Source: an uncultured Nitrospiraceae bacterium (GTDB lineage Bacteria > Nitrospirota > Nitrospiria > Nitrospirales > Nitrospiraceae). Taken from it: a stretch of 64,000 bases of DNA. The translations under genes were made by a program, and so were the position numbers. The notes under the pieces were generated by a model that had not been told where the DNA came from, made no database searches, and saw nothing but the letters and a program-made list of their open reading frames with translations. The first letter of the stretch is position 1, and each line of letters begins with the position of its first letter. The stretch covers positions 512,001 through 576,000 of the forward strand of contig CAVPLT010000004.1 of the NCBI GenBank assembly GCA_963706325.1, in the 5' to 3' direction. Below, one piece after another: positions 61,439 through 64,000 of the stretch.

Positions 61439-61807
61439 TTAACTTTTTTGAGCGAGTTCTGTTTCCACGGCATTCAGCATGGCCTTGAGATCGAACGGTT
61501 TTTCAAACGCCTGATGGGCGCCGAAGAGTTTGGCGATCTCAAGAAAATTTCGATCGCCCTGCGCGCCGGTCATGGCAATGATTTTCGTATCCAGGTATTC
61601 TCTGGTCAGTTGCAGGGTTGCCTCCAGTCCGTCCACTTCGGGCATGAGGAGGTCCATGATGAGCAAGTCAGCCTTGTTTTTCTGATAAAGACTCAGGGCC
61701 TCCCGTCCATCCTTCGCCTCCACGACATTGTGGCCGGCCTTTTCCAATACCTCGCGCAAAAGACTGCGGATGGATGCTTCGTCATCGATCACCATAATGG
61801 TCGCCAT
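61439..61807 (-). CDS. Single-domain response regulator
   Basis: MVIDDE, LIMDLLMPEVDG and FEKPF motifs; GAGGAG RBS. Confidence 0.9.
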   Translation of the reverse strand: MATIMVIDDEASIRSLLREVLEKAGHNVVEAKDGREALSLYQKNKADLLIMDLLMPEVDGLEATLQLTREYLDTKIIAMTGAQGDRNFLEIAKLFGAHQAFEKPFDLKAMLNAVETELAQKS

Positions 61808-61985
61808 ATCTACTCCTCGGAAAGGTGCCGGGTTTGCATGAAACTGAAGGATCGCAGGGAGACGAACTCGCTGCACACGGTCGATGCCTAGGAAGCTTAC
61901 CGCCCGGATGCATCTCTGTCCAGCAAAGACTTGAATGGGGCGAGCCTGGAGCATCTCGCTTTGGGACCAGCTCCCGCGTCCAACG

Positions 61986-64000
61986 CTACGAGTCGGCTAA
62001 TTCTGACGCCGGACCCTGTGACGGGCTGATCATGGTGCGATTCAGCGCCGCGACGCGTGCATAGATGGCCGGGAGGATCAGTAGGGTCAGAATCGTAGCC
62101 GTAAAAAGCCCTCCGATTACCACGGTGGCCAGCGGACGTTGGACCTCCGCGCCCATGCTGGTCGCCAGCGCCATCGGAAGAAAGCCCAGACTCGCCACCA
62201 GCGCCGTCATCAGCACCGGCCGCAGGCGATCCATCGCGCCTTGGTAGATTGCCTGGTCCGTCGGTAGGCCTTCCGATTCCAATTGACGGATATGACTGAC
62301 CAGCACCACGGCATTGAGCACCGCAATCCCGAACAGTGCGATAAAGCCGATGATTGCGGAGATGCTCAACGGCAGGCCGCGCAGCCACAGCGCCAGTATG
62401 CCGCCGGATAAAGCGAGCGGGACATTGAGGAAAATCAGCAGGGCGGGGCGCATTGCGCCGAAAATGACCGATAACATCCCAAGAATCAGAAGGAGCGTCA
62501 CCGGCACGACCATGGCGAGTCGTCGCGCGGCTTCTTGCAAATGTTCATACTGTCCTCCCCAGATCAGCTCATACCCGACAGGGAGGGTGACCGCCTGGGT
62601 CACGGCCTGCTGAGCGTCCGCCACAAAGCTGCCCAGATCGCGCCCTCGAATATTGCATTCCACCACGATGCGTCGTTGCACATGTTCCCGGCTGATTTGC
62701 GCCGGCCCCGAATCGATCTTGATCGTGGTGACGCGTGACAGCGGTACAAGTTCACCATGCATGGTGGGAATCAACAGACTTCCCAGCGCGCCGGGATCGC
62801 GGGAGACGCGCTCGGCCAATCGCACGACCAACTCAAATCGCCGGGAGCCTTGCACGATGGTCCCGACGACGGTGCCCACCCGCGTAGTTTGGATGAGCGT
62901 GAGCACTTCCTCCGCCGTGAGACCATAGCGGGCGATCTCTGCGCGATCGACAATGACACGCAGCAATGGTAATCCGGCCACCTGTTCGACCTTCACGTCA
63001 GCTGCTCCCGGCACGCCCTCGAGCGCCCGCGCGGCACGCTCAGCTTGCTGCTTGAGAATATCCAAATCGGAGCCAAAAATCTTGACCGCGAGATCGGACC
63101 GCACGCCCGCAATCAGCTCATTGAAACGCATCTCGATGGGTTGGGTAAATCCGAGGCCGACGCCGGGCACCTGTTCTACGATGGCTTGCTTCATCATCTC
63201 GATCAGGTCGTTCCGATCCCCGGCTGTGACCCATTCGCGCTGGGGTTTGAGAATGACGAACACGTCCGACATCTCCACGCCCATGACATCCGTAGCGACT
63301 TCCGGACTGCCGGTGCGTGTCACGACCTGGGTCACTTCAGGGAAACGACGCAGTACTCGCTCGATATCGAGCGCGGTGGAGACGGACTCGGTCAGCGAAA
63401 TGCTGGGTAACCGCCACACTTGCACCGCGAGATCCCCTTCCTGGAGCCGGGGAACGAACTCAATGCCGAGTCTGGTGCCAGCCACCAGACTGATGCTGAA
63501 GATGGCCACGGCGACCGCGACGGGCCAGACCGGCCGCGCCATCGCCCGTTGAAGGCAGGGAGCATAGAAATTTCGAAGCGTGCGCAGGAGGCGCGTCTCC
63601 TCCTGCCGCGGCACGACCCGCACGAACCAGAATGCCAGCAGCGGCGTGACCGTCACGGCGCACAGCAACGAGCCGGAAAGGGCCATGATCACCGTCCACG
63701 CCATGGGTCTGAACATCTTTCCTTCGATTCCGGTCAGCGCGAGGATGGGCACATAGACCAGAATAATAATGCCCACGGCGAGGGTCATCGGGCGCAGGAC
63801 TTCCCGTCCGGCCGCCAGCACCTGCGCGAGTCGCTCCTCTCGGTTTCGCACCGGCGTGAGGGCCAATCGGCGAAGGATATTGTCGATCATCACGACGGAG
63901 CCATCCACCAACAGGCCGAAGTCGATGGCCCCGAGGCTCATCAGATTGCCGGAGAGTCCCACCTGCATCATGCCGGTGAACGCGATCAACATCGCGAGGG
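61986..64000 (-). CDS. CzcA/CusA family heavy-metal RND efflux permease, 5' part outside the window
   Basis: NLMSLGAIDFGLLVDG, EGKMFRPMA, FTQPIEMRFNELIAG, RLRPVLMTALVASLGFLPMA and EVQRPLATVVIGGL. Confidence 0.95.
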   Translation of the reverse strand, partial: LAMLIAFTGMMQVGLSGNLMSLGAIDFGLLVDGSVVMIDNILRRLALTPVRNREERLAQVLAAGREVLRPMTLAVGIIILVYVPILALTGIEGKMFRPMAWTVIMALSGSLLCAVTVTPLLAFWFVRVVPRQEETRLLRTLRNFYAPCLQRAMARPVWPVAVAVAIFSISLVAGTRLGIEFVPRLQEGDLAVQVWRLPSISLTESVSTALDIERVLRRFPEVTQVVTRTGSPEVATDVMGVEMSDVFVILKPQREWVTAGDRNDLIEMMKQAIVEQVPGVGLGFTQPIEMRFNELIAGVRSDLAVKIFGSDLDILKQQAERAARALEGVPGAADVKVEQVAGLPLLRVIVDRAEIARYGLTAEEVLTLIQTTRVGTVVGTIVQGSRRFELVVRLAERVSRDPGALGSLLIPTMHGELVPLSRVTTIKIDSGPAQISREHVQRRIVVECNIRGRDLGSFVADAQQAVTQAVTLPVGYELIWGGQYEHLQEAARRLAMVVPVTLLLILGMLSVIFGAMRPALLIFLNVPLALSGGILALWLRGLPLSISAIIGFIALFGIAVLNAVVLVSHIRQLESEGLPTDQAIYQGAMDRLRPVLMTALVASLGFLPMALATSMGAEVQRPLATVVIGGLFTATILTLLILPAIYARVAALNRTMISPSQGPASELADS

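Overview
Roughly 59%-GC bacterial chromosome segment; gene content, gene order and an abundant inverted-repeat element family suggest Nitrospira (Nitrospirota), which is inference. It holds a housekeeping block (dnaK partial, grpE, coaX, birA, nadC, valS, RomR-like regulator), a tRNA-Ser(CGA), and a compact 12-kb lipopeptide cluster. That cluster is a FAAL-ACP-C-A-T-C-A-T-TE NRPS with a non-canonical Cys-type thioesterase, a PvdE/SyrD-type exporter and an Sfp-type PPTase, lying between tadA and tRNA-Ser. Further on are an ECF sigma/anti-sigma pair, TPR genes, glgX and a radical-SAM/DUF4130-UdgX DNA-repair pair. A ~10-kb defence/TA-rich accessory region (MazG-like, HNH, DUF4411, Xre-ImmA/IrrE, BrnTA, MNT-HEPN, Fic) abuts the 3' end of a DAACS symporter gene, and two decayed extra copies of that 3' end occur inside the region, suggesting repeated integration at one site. 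The window ends in a partial CzcA/CusA RND pump. Five to six copies of a modular MITE-like element lie in intergenic spaces. All calls come from reading the sequence and translations; no searches were run.
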